Source of the DNA: Macrostomum hystrix
Lineage: Eukaryota; Animalia; Platyhelminthes
Assembly (NCBI GenBank): GCA_950097015.1
Contig: CATNEN010000038.1
Location: 26,164,001-26,228,000 of the forward strand
Direction of reading: 5' to 3'
DNA: 64,000 nucleotides
Under the pieces are notes generated by a model. That model made no database searches and was not told where the DNA came from. It worked only from the letters and a program-made list of their open reading frames with translations. Made by a program: the position numbers and the translations under genes. Positions 1 through 11,636 of the stretch are shown here, piece by piece. Numbering within the stretch: position 1 is the first letter of the stretch; the number at the start of each line of letters is the position of its first letter.

Positions 1-3000
1 CATTGTTGTAGGACAGCGCCAGACGGAACGCCTGGTAGGACAGGCTGAGGTCACCAACGGCCTGAGAGGAACGCGTGCGGTTTGAAAAGGTTTCAAAGGC
101 ATCTCTCCCGTGTCTCACCTCTCCCGTGTCTCATCTCTCCCGTGTCTCATCTCTCCTGTGTCTCATCTCTCTCAGTGTCTCATCTCTCCCCGTGTCTCAT
201 CTCTCCCGTGTCTCATCTCTCCCGCGTCTCATCTCTCCCGTGTCTCATCTCTCCCGTGTCTCATCTCTCCCGTGTCTCATCTCTCCCGTGTCTCATCTCT
301 CCCGTGTCTCATCTCTCCCGTGTCTCATCTCTCCCGTGTCTCACCTCTCCCGTGTCTCATCTCTCCCGTGTCTCATCTCTCCCGTGTCTCATCTCTCCCG
401 TGTGTCATCTCTCCCGTGTCTCATCTCTCCTGTGTCTCATCTCTCCTGTGTCTCATCTCTCCTGTGTCTCATCTCTCCCGTGTGTCATCTCTCCCGTGTC
501 TCATCTCTCCCGTGTCTCATCTCTCCCGTGTCTCATCTCTCCCATGTCTCATCTCTCCCGTGTCTCATCTCTCCCATGTCTCATCTCTCCCGTGTCTCAT
601 CTCTAGCGTGTCTCATCTCTCCCGTGTCTCATCTCTCCCGTGTCTCATCTCTCCCGTGTCTCATCTCTCCCGTGTCTCATCTCTCCCGTGTCTCATCTCT
701 CCTTTGTCTCATCTCTCCCGTGTCTCACCTCTCCCGTGTCTCACCTCTCCCGTGTCTCACCTCTCCCGTGTCTCATCTCTCCCGTGTCTTAACTCTCTTG
801 TGTTTCTCTACCGTATTCAATCTCTTGTCATTCGTATACGTTAGTCATACATGCATCACATACTAAAAGCAGTTATTTAATCTCTTTTTCAGCATTTCTG
901 TGTCTGCATTACCTAATTAATTGTCTTTTTCTAATGCTTTTTTCCAAATCATTTGTTCTTCATCTGGTAATCAAATGCTGCTGTAAATATTGGCCCTTTT
1001 CCTATTGAAGTTGAGGCCCAATTTTCTTTAAACTCGATACAAACAGGTGGTTCAGCTTGTCTGCTAGGAGTCTACGTCATGCCTACTCAGCCACTGAACT
1101 GATGATGTCAAAGCAGTTTAAGATATCGGACACGCTGCAGCTTGCAACAGGGTGTACTTTAGCTGCTGTACTAGCAGGAAAAAGTGATAATTTTCTGTAT
1201 CTTTTTCAGGTCTTCTTTTAGAAAAAACGTTTCGATTGTAGATGATAGAATCAAAACAGCTACACACGATCACACGACCTGGGATATAACTTTTCCAGAA
1301 ATATTAGGATTTTTAAGCGATTTTTGTGATTCTGAGAGTAAGAATACAGAATGTAATTCTTGGCAGCTGCACAGGTGCGAGTTGGTACAGCAAATAATTT
1401 CAATTCACAAAGAATCTGATAGAAATACACAGATTGAATCAGTTGTTTATCTTACAACTTACGCCTTATATTATTAAACCCACACTACTAGGGAAAATAA
1501 ACTCTCACCCCTTATCGATAATAAACTCTCACCCCTTATCGATAATAAACTCTCACCCCTTATCGATAATAAACTCTCACCCCTTATCCATAATAAACTC
1601 TCACCCCTTATCGACAATAAACTCTCACCCCTTATCGATAATAAACTCTCACCCCTTATCGATAACAAAGTCTAACCCCTTATCGATAATAAAGTCTCAC
1701 CCCTTATCGATAATAAACTCTCAGCCCTTATCGATAATTAACTCTCACCCCTTATCAATAATAAACTCTCACCCCTTATCGATAATAAACTCTCACCCCT
1801 TATCGATAATAAACTCTCACCCCTTATCGATAATAAACTCTCACCCCTTATCGATAATAAACTCTAACCCCTTATCGATAATAAACTCTAACCCCTTATC
1901 GATAATAAACTCTAACCCCTTATCGATAATAAAGTCTCACCCCTTTATCAAGGATAAACTCCCCTATAATCTTATCTTTCTAACAGCAGTTAAAAAATAG
2001 CTTATTAAAGATCCACTTACCAGAGCCACGTGGCCTAGGTTGTACCAAACGTCGGCTAGTTCATCCTTCTTGGCTACTGTGATGGCTCGATCGAAACAAG
2101 TCAGACACATGTCGTACTGCTGGGCATAGAAACAGCACAAAGCCAGGTTGGTGTACAACTGGGCAGATGCGAGACCCAACTGCAGCAATCGTCTGGTAAT
2201 ATTTGAGGATGATCAATAGAAATTGGATAATGAAATGCTTCAAGTACTGAAATCTTACAGTTTCTGGAATGTGATTGCAGGTACGGAATACTGATTACAC
2301 GTACTCAAATAAGATTACAGATACTCAAATAAGATTACAGATACTCAAATAAGAGTACAGATACTCAAATAAGATTACAGATACTCAAATAAGATTACAG
2401 ATACTCAAATAAGATTACGGGTAATCGAATAAGATTACAGATACTCAAACAAGATTACAGGTACTCGAATAAGATTACAAGTACTTCATTTTTTACATGT
2501 ACTGAAGGTTTTGAAATCATTATTTTATGTATCTGAAATATGTAACTAAGACACAAGTCTGATTTGTACAAAGATAAAATAACTAGTATCAAGTTGAATA
2601 AATTGATAGGATTTGTTCTGAAGCAAAGAATTCGATTTTGACGTCAGTATCCTATGATTATTTTTTTAACAAAAAACTGAGAGATTATGGTACACCATTT
2701 AAACCTGAGTCTGAATAAACTCGAAGATAGATTTCAGGAAACAATTTTGTTTCTCTTCACTCGAGTCAAACGACGATTAGTAACTCGAGAAGCTATCGTT
2801 CTAATGTCAGCCGGGTAATGGCTCTTTGAAATATCGCCGCAGGCAAATTTCTGGAGAAAGGCTGAAGAAATCGAGTAGAAATTCTCGCTTTCTCTTTGAA
2901 TCTCTGAGATTTGATTTGATTTGATTTTATCGTGAGTTCTCGACTCAAATATGTAATTGAGGGTGGGTGTGGCTTCTCCCCAGTCCACGGACTGGACAGC

Positions 3001-4548
3001 CTTCAGATGCGCCGCTGCCCCAGGCCCAATTGGGACAGGTATAATCAATTATATTTATTAGCATTTGTTATACGTACCTGTATATTTTCAAAGCCAACTC
3101 GGGTTGGTCATTGTAAAAGTACTGAGTGGCTATGGAGGCCAGGGCTTCAATATTCATTGCGTCGTAGCGAAGGACGTCTTTGTAACACTCGGTAGCTTTT
3201 TCTAGATTTCCCAGGCCCTGGATAGTGAAAATAGGCTCTGCTTATTTAGGCACAAAAGAAAACTTTGCCACTACGTTGCTATTCTCTACTCTCATTCTTT
3301 TCTCTCAGCTCTATTCTCATCCTTTCCTCTCAGCTCTACTCTCATTCTTTTCTCTCCTCTTTTCTCACCCTTTCCTCTCAGCTCTGTTCTCACCCTTTCC
3401 TCTCAGCTCTACTCTCATTCTTTTCTCTCCTCTTTTCTCACCCTTTCCTCTCAGCTCTGTTCTCACCCTTTCCTCTCAGCTCTACTCTCATCCCTTCTTC
3501 TAAGCTCTATTCTCACCCTTTCCTCTCAGCTCTATTCTCACCCTTTCCTCTCAGCTCTATTCTCATCCTTTCCTCTCAGCTCTACTCTCATTCTTTTCTC
3601 TCCTCTTTTCTCACCCTTTTCTCTCAGCACTATTCTCACCCTTTCTTCTCAGCTCTACTCTCATCCCTTCTTCTAAGCTCTATTCTCACCCTTTCCTCTC
3701 AGCTCTATTCTCATCCTTTCCTCTCAGCTCTACTCTCATTCTTTTCTCTCAGCTCTATTCTCACACTTTACTCTCACCTCCTGAATTCTGGCCAATCCAG
3801 TGAGCAGGCATCGATCATTGGGAAACTTGCTCAGTCCCTGATTATAGTTGTCTATGGCAGCCAGTGGCTGGTCCAGTTTAGCATAGACTTTGCCCAGCAA
3901 CAAGTAGCTCTCAAGGCACTCTTGCTGTTTGAGGGCAGATCTCAGCTGCTGCTCACAGTCACGAAACAATCCCAGCTTGTAATAACAGCGAGCCAGTTGA
4001 AGCTTCCACCACCAGTCCTGAAACTGGTGCGCCTCGGTTGCCATGGCGGCCAGTTGAAGCGCAGTTCTGACATCGTTCTCGTGATAAAGAATGTACTCAA
4101 ATAAGGCCCGACTCATCTGAGGCTTGGGCGCGTATTTGGCAAAGTTGAGCCTGCTCAAATTTATAAATGGACCGTCTGGTGTGCTCAACATGGAGGCCGT
4201 GCCCAGGCGGACAAGCCGACCCGATGATGACGTCACTGGGCGAGCGTTCGAGGCTGTGCGAGGAGTCTTCAGTGCCTGGGAAAGTTTGTAGTGGATGACG
4301 CTTGTAGTAGTCTCGTAAGCCTACTTATAGTATACCTTTTAACAAATTTTTCTGACATAACTGAAGTTTATTTAGTCCTAGAAAAGTGAGTTTGATTTAG
4401 TCAGCACTCGGAGTTTACCGTAGACAATAGTAAAAAATGATATCGATTTAGTCAAGTGCCGCGTTTTTAAACCGTTCCATGACTTGATATTCTAAGAAAC
4501 GAGTTTTCATTAAATAACGGTGTACCAGACAGACAGGACAGACAGACT

Positions 4549-4579
<31 letters not shown>

Positions 4580-4600
4580 TGACAGACAGACAGACAGACT

Positions 4601-4635
<35 letters not shown>

Positions 4636-4700
4636 TGACTGACAGACAGACAGACTGACAGACAGACAGGCTGACAGACAGACAGGCTGACAGACAGACT

Positions 4701-4736
<36 letters not shown>

Positions 4737-4768
4737 GGCTGACAGACAGACAGGCTGACAGACAGACT

Positions 4769-4827
<59 letters not shown>

Positions 4828-5031
4828 TGACAGACAGACAAAATGACAGACAGGCTGACAGACAAACTGACAGACAGACTGACAGACAGACAAACTGACA
4901 GACAGGCTGACAGACAAACTGACAGACAGGCTGACAGACAGACAGACAGACAGACAAACTGACAGACAGGCTGACAGACAGACAGACAGGCTGACAGACA
5001 GACTGACAGACAGACAGACAGACAGACATTC

Positions 5032-5095
<64 letters not shown>

Positions 5096-6367
5096 TGACA
5101 GACAGACAGACAGACAGACTGACAGACTGACAGACAGACAAACTGACAGACAGGCTGACAGACAAACTGACAGACAGACTGACAGACAGACAAACTGACA
5201 GACAGGCTGACAGACAAACTGACAGACAGGCTGACAGACAGACAGACAGACTGACAAACTGACAGACAGACAGACAGGCTCACAGACAGGCTGACAGACA
5301 GACAGACAGGCAGGCAGACAGACAGACAGACAGACACAATGGCTGACAGACAGACAGACAAGACAGACGGGCAGGCAGGCACAAACGCCAGTCCCACCTG
5401 TTCAAGCGAGCCAGCTCCGGAGCTCTGTGTGCCGGGCCGAGCAAAGCCGGTGACCGGCCTTCCTGACTGAGTTGAGGGCCGCATCGCCTGCTGCAAGCCT
5501 CCGGCACCGCCGCCGCCGCCAGCTGTCGCAACCCGCAGAGATGTGCCCGGCCTAGCCACCGACGCGATGGCCGAATCATCCAACAGGCCCTCTGCCATGC
5601 CGTCTTCGTCATTCTCGATGTCATCGACGTAGACTTGCTCAGTGAGGGCCTGCATCTTGAGCAGCCAGGCAGCCTAGCATTGCGGAAGTATTAGGGAGTA
5701 TAGCTAAAAAGCTCTTCATAAAATCAAAAACAGTTAAATATTTCCAGAATAAATCAATGACTATAAGCCTCTCGTACTCAAAAGAAATAACAAATTTAAT
5801 CACAAAAAAACAATTTTTTATAATAAAGGACTCAGAACCAGCAGCACTAAGTTATTTTTCCTAAATTTGTAAACAAATCGACCTAATTACAGTGGTTTAT
5901 TTCAAACAAACATGGCAGCAACTTGTAGTTAAAAAGAATTTTTTATTTAGACACTAAAGTAATGAAGATATAGTATAGAGAATATACATTATCATTGCCT
6001 CATTCATCACACTATCTTTTACAATATATATATTTCACCATTTACTAAAAATTAAATATTTAATTAACTTACAATGTAATTATTCAATTCTACAATTTCT
6101 AAATATTTAGCTTTTAATTTAAATATATCAGTGAGACGCTTCTTACGTATCCGCTAAACAACTTAAACAAGTTTGCTACTATTTTAGACTTATTTAAAAC
6201 AACATTTAGCAACCATTTTATACATACGCCATTCAAGTAAAACCTGTTGACAACTATTGAATTACCTCATCGAAAGAATTTTTTTCTAATATTTCGGTGC
6301 ACTTCTCAACACATTTTTCAAACTTGCGCCTTCGAAATAGACTGAGAGCTTGAAATAACGGGTCCAT
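1..6367 (-). CDS. TTC8: Tetratricopeptide repeat protein 8 / BBSome subunit BBS8, multi-exon, 3' end beyond window start
   Basis: Exons 6367-6266 (MDPLFQALSLFRRRKFEKC...), 5673-5398 (AAWLLKMQALTEQVYVDD...RPGTS), 4275-3778 (ALKTPRTA...RLGTASML...DWWWKLQLARCYYKLG), 3217-3078, 2192-2021 (RRLLQLG...NLALCCFYAQQYDM...ADVWYNLGHVAL) and 61-1 (AVGDLSLSYQAFRLALSYNN). All introns are GT-AG with consistent phases; motifs match BBS8. Confidence 0.96.
100..790. repeat. 16-bp minisatellite (TGTCTCATCTCTCCCG)n, TTC8 intron 5
   Basis: Direct inspection, about 43 units. Confidence 0.95.
1497..1945. repeat. 24-bp minisatellite (ATAAACTCTCACCCCTTATCGATA)n, TTC8 intron 5
   Basis: Direct inspection. Confidence 0.95.
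2295..2485. repeat. 20-bp minisatellite (AAGATTACAGATACTCAAAT)n
   Basis: Direct inspection. Confidence 0.9.
3278..3776. repeat. About 23-25-bp CT-rich minisatellite, TTC8 intron 3
   Basis: CTCTATTCTCACCCTTTCCTCTCAG and variants. Confidence 0.9.
4526..5370. repeat. (GACA)n microsatellite with variants, TTC8 intron 2
   Basis: Direct inspection. Confidence 0.95.
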
Positions 6368-8095
6368 GTGTGAAAACAAAATCGTTTTTAACCTACAATT
6401 GAATTAAAGGTAAGTTGGAGATTGCATTATTGACGACGAAAACAAAAAGTAAAAAAGGAGTGAAGTTAAAACGTTGGAATGCAAATAATTTTTTAAGTAG
6501 TATCTTTTTGGTAGTTAATATACAGTATTTGACAACTAATAGTTAATTAAGTAGCTTGATAAACTGCATTTTATCAAATTGCAATAACACTTGTACTATC
6601 TTAGTCAAATGTTGTTTTATCGCGTATTAGAAAATCCGTTTAAAATTTACGCGAGCCGTGCTAAACATGCTAAACAGAAAGTAGACCGAAGCCGAATTCA
6701 ACTGGTTTAATATCCATAATTCCACAAATTGACTTCAAATTTAACACAATATTATTTTTTTAATTCAGATGCTTAAATAAATTAGGGCATATACGTCTCT
6801 TTTTAGTTCATTAAATTGCAGTGCCACACGAATTCAGAGCACATTAAATTTCGGTTTTGACTTTCTATTTCACACTCGTGATTTAACAAACTAAATAGAC
6901 ATGTTTAGAACGAATAATCAACTAAATATATATACATCTATTATGCATTTTTATTATAAGGAATGATTTACCCAGAATTTTTTTAGCTACAATTAATAAA
7001 AAAGTACTTGTTTTAAGAACACCACTTTAAATGCAGTGGGTCCATCTTCATAAACGAACAAATTTATTCAGAAATCGAACAGTATTTTACAACATAATAA
7101 ACTAATAAAATACTCTACAAGAACAGCCAAATCTATAAGTCCTATAATAAACCACAGAACCTACCTACCACACGCAGCAGTTTCTAGATAATATCACCTA
7201 ACACAAGCTGCGTGTGCCAATTTGCGTAATATATACTTTCATTGTTTATCTTTATTTTAAAGGTATATTTGCTAGTTTAATATGGCTAAAATAGTTTTTA
7301 GTCATCAAAGCTACTACACATATAGATGCTTGGCCAGTTGACCAATAGTTATAGGTGATTCATTTGCAATTCTTATGCTAATTTGGATGCATTTATTAAA
7401 GTATATCAAAAACCTCTTTATTTTAAGAGACTATATTTTAGCGTTGAAATTTTTTTAGCAAAAAATTCAAGGCGCAAAAAAATTCGTAGTTTCACAAAAC
7501 AGAACATAATTTGGATAATTTTCAAGGTAAAACGAAAAAACAGAGTGATGCATTAGTAGCGGCTAAACACATGAAATTCAGTGCCTCCACTTTTACGACG
7601 TTATATGGCAACAATGCTTAAATATTCTAATTACAAATAGTGACTTTAACGCACAGCAGTTATAGAGTTACAGGTTACAGCTAAAGCATAATGCGCATTC
7701 ATGCACACAAACATCATTGATGATGTAAACTCGAATTGGAAAGTGGTTAAAAACATGTGTTTAGGTGCAACTTTTGACACTTTAGACTTTCGATTCGAAA
7801 GTTAACGCACTTACGAGAAAATGTAACGACATAAAAGTCAAAGCTTACGTAAATCAATTTTTAGTATATCGTCTTGTCCAACACGGTATAGTCTTGTCTA
7901 AACATCATAAAGTCAGCCATTTTGGGGATACATTTGAGGCCACGATAGTAAGACAACAGAAATAATAGACTTTAGTTAGATCTAAACAACAGAAATGAAA
8001 CATAGTGCAGCTTTCAGGAAGAAGAATGACTGCAGGTGTGTTTTAGACAAAGTAAAATAAAAAAAACATGATCCACAAACCTTTAATTAAAGAGT

Positions 8096-10594
8096 CTAAG
8101 AAAGTAGATTGCCGTACAATTTGCTGCCGAATTTCACATCGGAGCTGGATGGAGTCAGCTCCATGTTCATCTCCAACAGACTGGGCTCAGTATCATAGGT
8201 GGAGATGCCCTGCTGCTGCTGCTGTCGGTGGTGATGATGACGCGATGTCAGGTGCTGCTGCGATTGCGACTGCGGCAGCAGTGGAGGTCCCGGTGGAGGC
8301 TGCAGCGGCTGTTGCTGATGCCCGAGCATGCTCTGCATACCGAGATGCTGCAGCTGCTGCTGCTGGTTGCCTAGGTAACCAGCGGCCGTGCGTTCCTGAC
8401 GCCGACGTCGTCGCTTAGCCACCAGATAGAATCCGCTAACCGAGGCGATGGCGATGATTAACAGCAGCAGTGCTGGCAAGGAGACGTAAAGCATCAACCG
8501 GGCGAAACCGCTGCCGCCTGCGGCTGCCGTGCCAAAAGTCGCATCCGCGGAGCCAGCCTTGCTGCCGTCACGACGTTGCCTGGGGCCGCAGGCTCGTTCG
8601 GTGAGCCCCTGGGGTGGCTCCTGCTGCTGACTGCTGCCATAGCGCGACTGGCAGACAAGGCGGCAGTCGGCCGCGGCCGAGGCGGCTGCTGCGGTGGCGG
8701 CTGGCGGCCACAGGCGCTCGTTGACGGTCAGTTCCAGGCCGCCGCTGCCTGAGCCTCCGAGGCCGCGCAGGCTGTCGGCGGTCAGTTGGGCGACGCTGCT
8801 GGGCTCGACGCCAAGGCTGATGTAGCGCACCGACTCGAGGCCGCAGAAGCCGCAGCCGTCGGCGTCAATTAGTCGAAGCCGATTCCCGCCCAGATCGAGG
8901 TGCGTCAACGCTCGGTCGACAGCCGGAAGCTGCCAGTTGACGCTGAACTCGGCCAGCCGGTTGTCGCGAAGGTCAAGAACGCTCAGAGCGGGCAGTTTTG
9001 CGAGCAGGGTCGGGTCCAGGGCGTCGATGCGGTTCTTGGAGAGGAACAGCGACTGCAGGCTGTGAAGTCCGTACAGGCTGGTAGAGCAGACTCTATCCAG
9101 TCTGTTTCCGCTGAGGTCCAGAAAGGCCAACTCGCTTAGATCGGCGAACGCCAACGGATCGAGGCGTCTGATTCGGTTGTCGCTGAGGTCTAGCTTGCGC
9201 AAACCGGTCAGGCCGGCAAAGTGTCCCTTGTGGAGCTCGGTTAGCTGGTTCTTCTCCAGGTAGAGATAGCGCAGGCTGGTCAATAGCTGGAACTCGTCTC
9301 CAGCCAGGGTTTGAATATAGTTGGATGCCAGGTTCAACGAGAAGGTATGGTTTAGACCGACGAACATCAGCCGGCGAACCTCGATTAGCCGGTTAGAAGC
9401 CAGGGACAGAGTGTCCAGACGAGGCAGCGGTGTGAAGGCAAAGTCCTCAACGTGTTCAATGTGGTTCTCGGTTAGCACTAGATAACGTAGGTTTGAGAGC
9501 CCAGCCAGTGTTCTGTTATTGACTGTGCGCAGTTCGTTCTTCTGCAATACCAGACTGCGAGTCCATGACAGGCTGGCGAAGCTATAGTCCTCAATCCGCT
9601 GGATGCTATTGTCGAACAGATTCAGCGAGTCTATTTTGCCGGCGTCGCGAAAGTCGTTGACTCGGATGCGCACAATGTGATTGCGCTGAATGTGCACCTC
9701 AGATAAACTGGCCGGGCCGAGGCCTGTGGCATAGGCCAGTAAATAGGTCGGCACCTGTACAAACTGGTTCCTATCCAAATATAGCGAGGTGAGATTGCCC
9801 ATGAAGTTGAACACGGTGCGGGACAGGTGAGAGATTCTGTTGTCAACCAGGCTGAGGTATTTCAACTGGCGGCAGCACTGGTCGAATGCCGAATCGCCGA
9901 CCGCGTCGATTCGATTGCCGAACAATTTTAAGCTGGAGAGCGACGTCAGGCCAGAGAAAGTGAAGTCTTGCAGCACCTTGATGAGATTGCGCTGCAGATT
10001 AAGCACCTGTAGCCGAGACATGCAGTCGAAACTGCTGGGATCGATTCGTTCGATCTGGTTGTTAGCCAGGTACAAGTACATCAGGGAGCGCAGGTTGCAC
10101 TGGTTGCCGGGGCTGAACACCCGCTGGGAGCCGAATGTGGCCTGGGAAATCTCTGTCAACTGATTGCCATCCAGATCCAGGTAGATGAGCTGTTGCAGAC
10201 TGTCAAACAGGCGGTGGGAAACCGACCGGATGCTATTGGAGCCCAGCTCAAGACGGTGCAGGTTGCGCAGGGACGCAAAGTGCGGCTGGTCGAGCACACT
10301 CAGCCGATTCGAACTCAGGTCGAGTTTGAGAAGGGCGGGTCCGATGGTGAGACCCATGCCAAGCTGGCCTTCGATGGCTTCAATGCCGAAGCCTGGCGCT
10401 GACAGCTCGTAGCCACGGCATTTGAATGTCGGCCCGGCCAGGAGCTGCTGCTGCTGCTGTGGCTGGCTAGTACCGAAGTCAAGCGCCGGGCTCCAGTTGT
10501 GGCAGGACAGTTCGCGCGATGCCTGGGCACTCGGCCGTGTCTGACAGACGCAAGTTACTGCCGGCTGGGACGCTGTGCTGAAGCTTGGCTCTTG

Positions 10595-10627
<33 letters not shown>

Positions 10628-10657
10628 CAACGCCGTGGTGTGAAACATGAGCACCAT
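8096..10657 (-). CDS. Single-exon type I membrane protein with about 20 extracellular leucine-rich repeats, no TIR domain
   Basis: ATG at 10657, poly-Leu signal peptide, Cys-containing N-cap, tandem LxxLxLxxNxI/L repeats, hydrophobic TM (LMLYVSLPALLLLIIAIASVSGFYLVA) followed by KRRRRR, then a Q/H/P-rich tail; stop at 8096. Confidence 0.9.
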
Positions 10658-11469
10658 TTTGAGTTGTGTCACTGATTGCTAAGTTGAGAACTGGTTCGCT
10701 CAAGAAACAGGAGGCGATGTTCTGCAGTTAAGGAGGCAGGAGGATCAGATCTAATTGTCATCGACGTTTGGTTTCATTGGCGCACAAGGAAAATAGAATA
10801 GGAGAGTGACAGAGAACAGGGGCATGTACTGTCTCTAATAATGCATACAGTACAGTTAGGGGGGTGGTGGGTAGGGTCACAGTAGCTGGATTGGCTGAAT
10901 CACTCCCCACTAAATATGGCCCTAGCGGTGAGGCAGGGCGAGGGGCTTGGGAAGTTGGGGTGGGTTTTGGGCTGGTCGGAAATTAAGGGGCGGCTTGAGG
11001 GGAGAAGAGTTAGAGAGAGGAAAATTGAAGAGGTGCTTCGCGCGGTCGTTCTATAAACTTGCTAGCAATGAGAAGTGGGGTTGTTGTAGGAGAATGGTGA
11101 ATTCGTGGGCTTGTTTAGTTCGCTTCGTGTCGTCTTCTGTATTGCTTCGATTCCCATATGAGAACGATTCGCGTTCAAATAAGCATTTTCCATGTAAGAA
11201 CCCGAGCGACAGTTGAGCTGCCCGCCTTCTCCCCTCCCTGCTACTGAGTCTAGACTATAGGGCCGTCGTCGTGTCATTTCCGTCTGCTACCCAAGCTGGT
11301 CGCAATGGGGGAAGAAACTATGAAAAATTGCTTCCCAGCAGCAGGCTTATGTGATTGTGCTGTACAATGGCCCATTCCTTGCTGTGACTTCTGATTACAC
11401 TCACTTTGCACTCAAATCGTTTCTGCGGAGGACAGCTTGGAAAATTTTATTCTGGGGATATGGAAATAG

Positions 11470-11636
11470 GGAGAGATCTAGAAAGAAATCTATAGAGAGA
11501 TCAGTGAGGGTCTAGTGAGAAATCTAGTGAGAGATCTAGTGAGAGATCTAGTGAGAGATCAGTGAGAGATCTAGAGTGAGATCTAGTGAGATCCAATCAA
11601 ATCTAGTGAGAGATCTAATGAGAGATCTAGTGAGAG
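11470..11636. repeat. About 12-bp repeat (GAGATCTAGTGA)n at the truncated end of the Bel/Pao relic
   Basis: Direct inspection. Confidence 0.85.

Noticed and set aside
75-866. Long ORFs in three frames (PVSHLSRVSSLPCLIS)n
   Set aside because: Translation of a 16-bp intronic minisatellite, antisense to TTC8.
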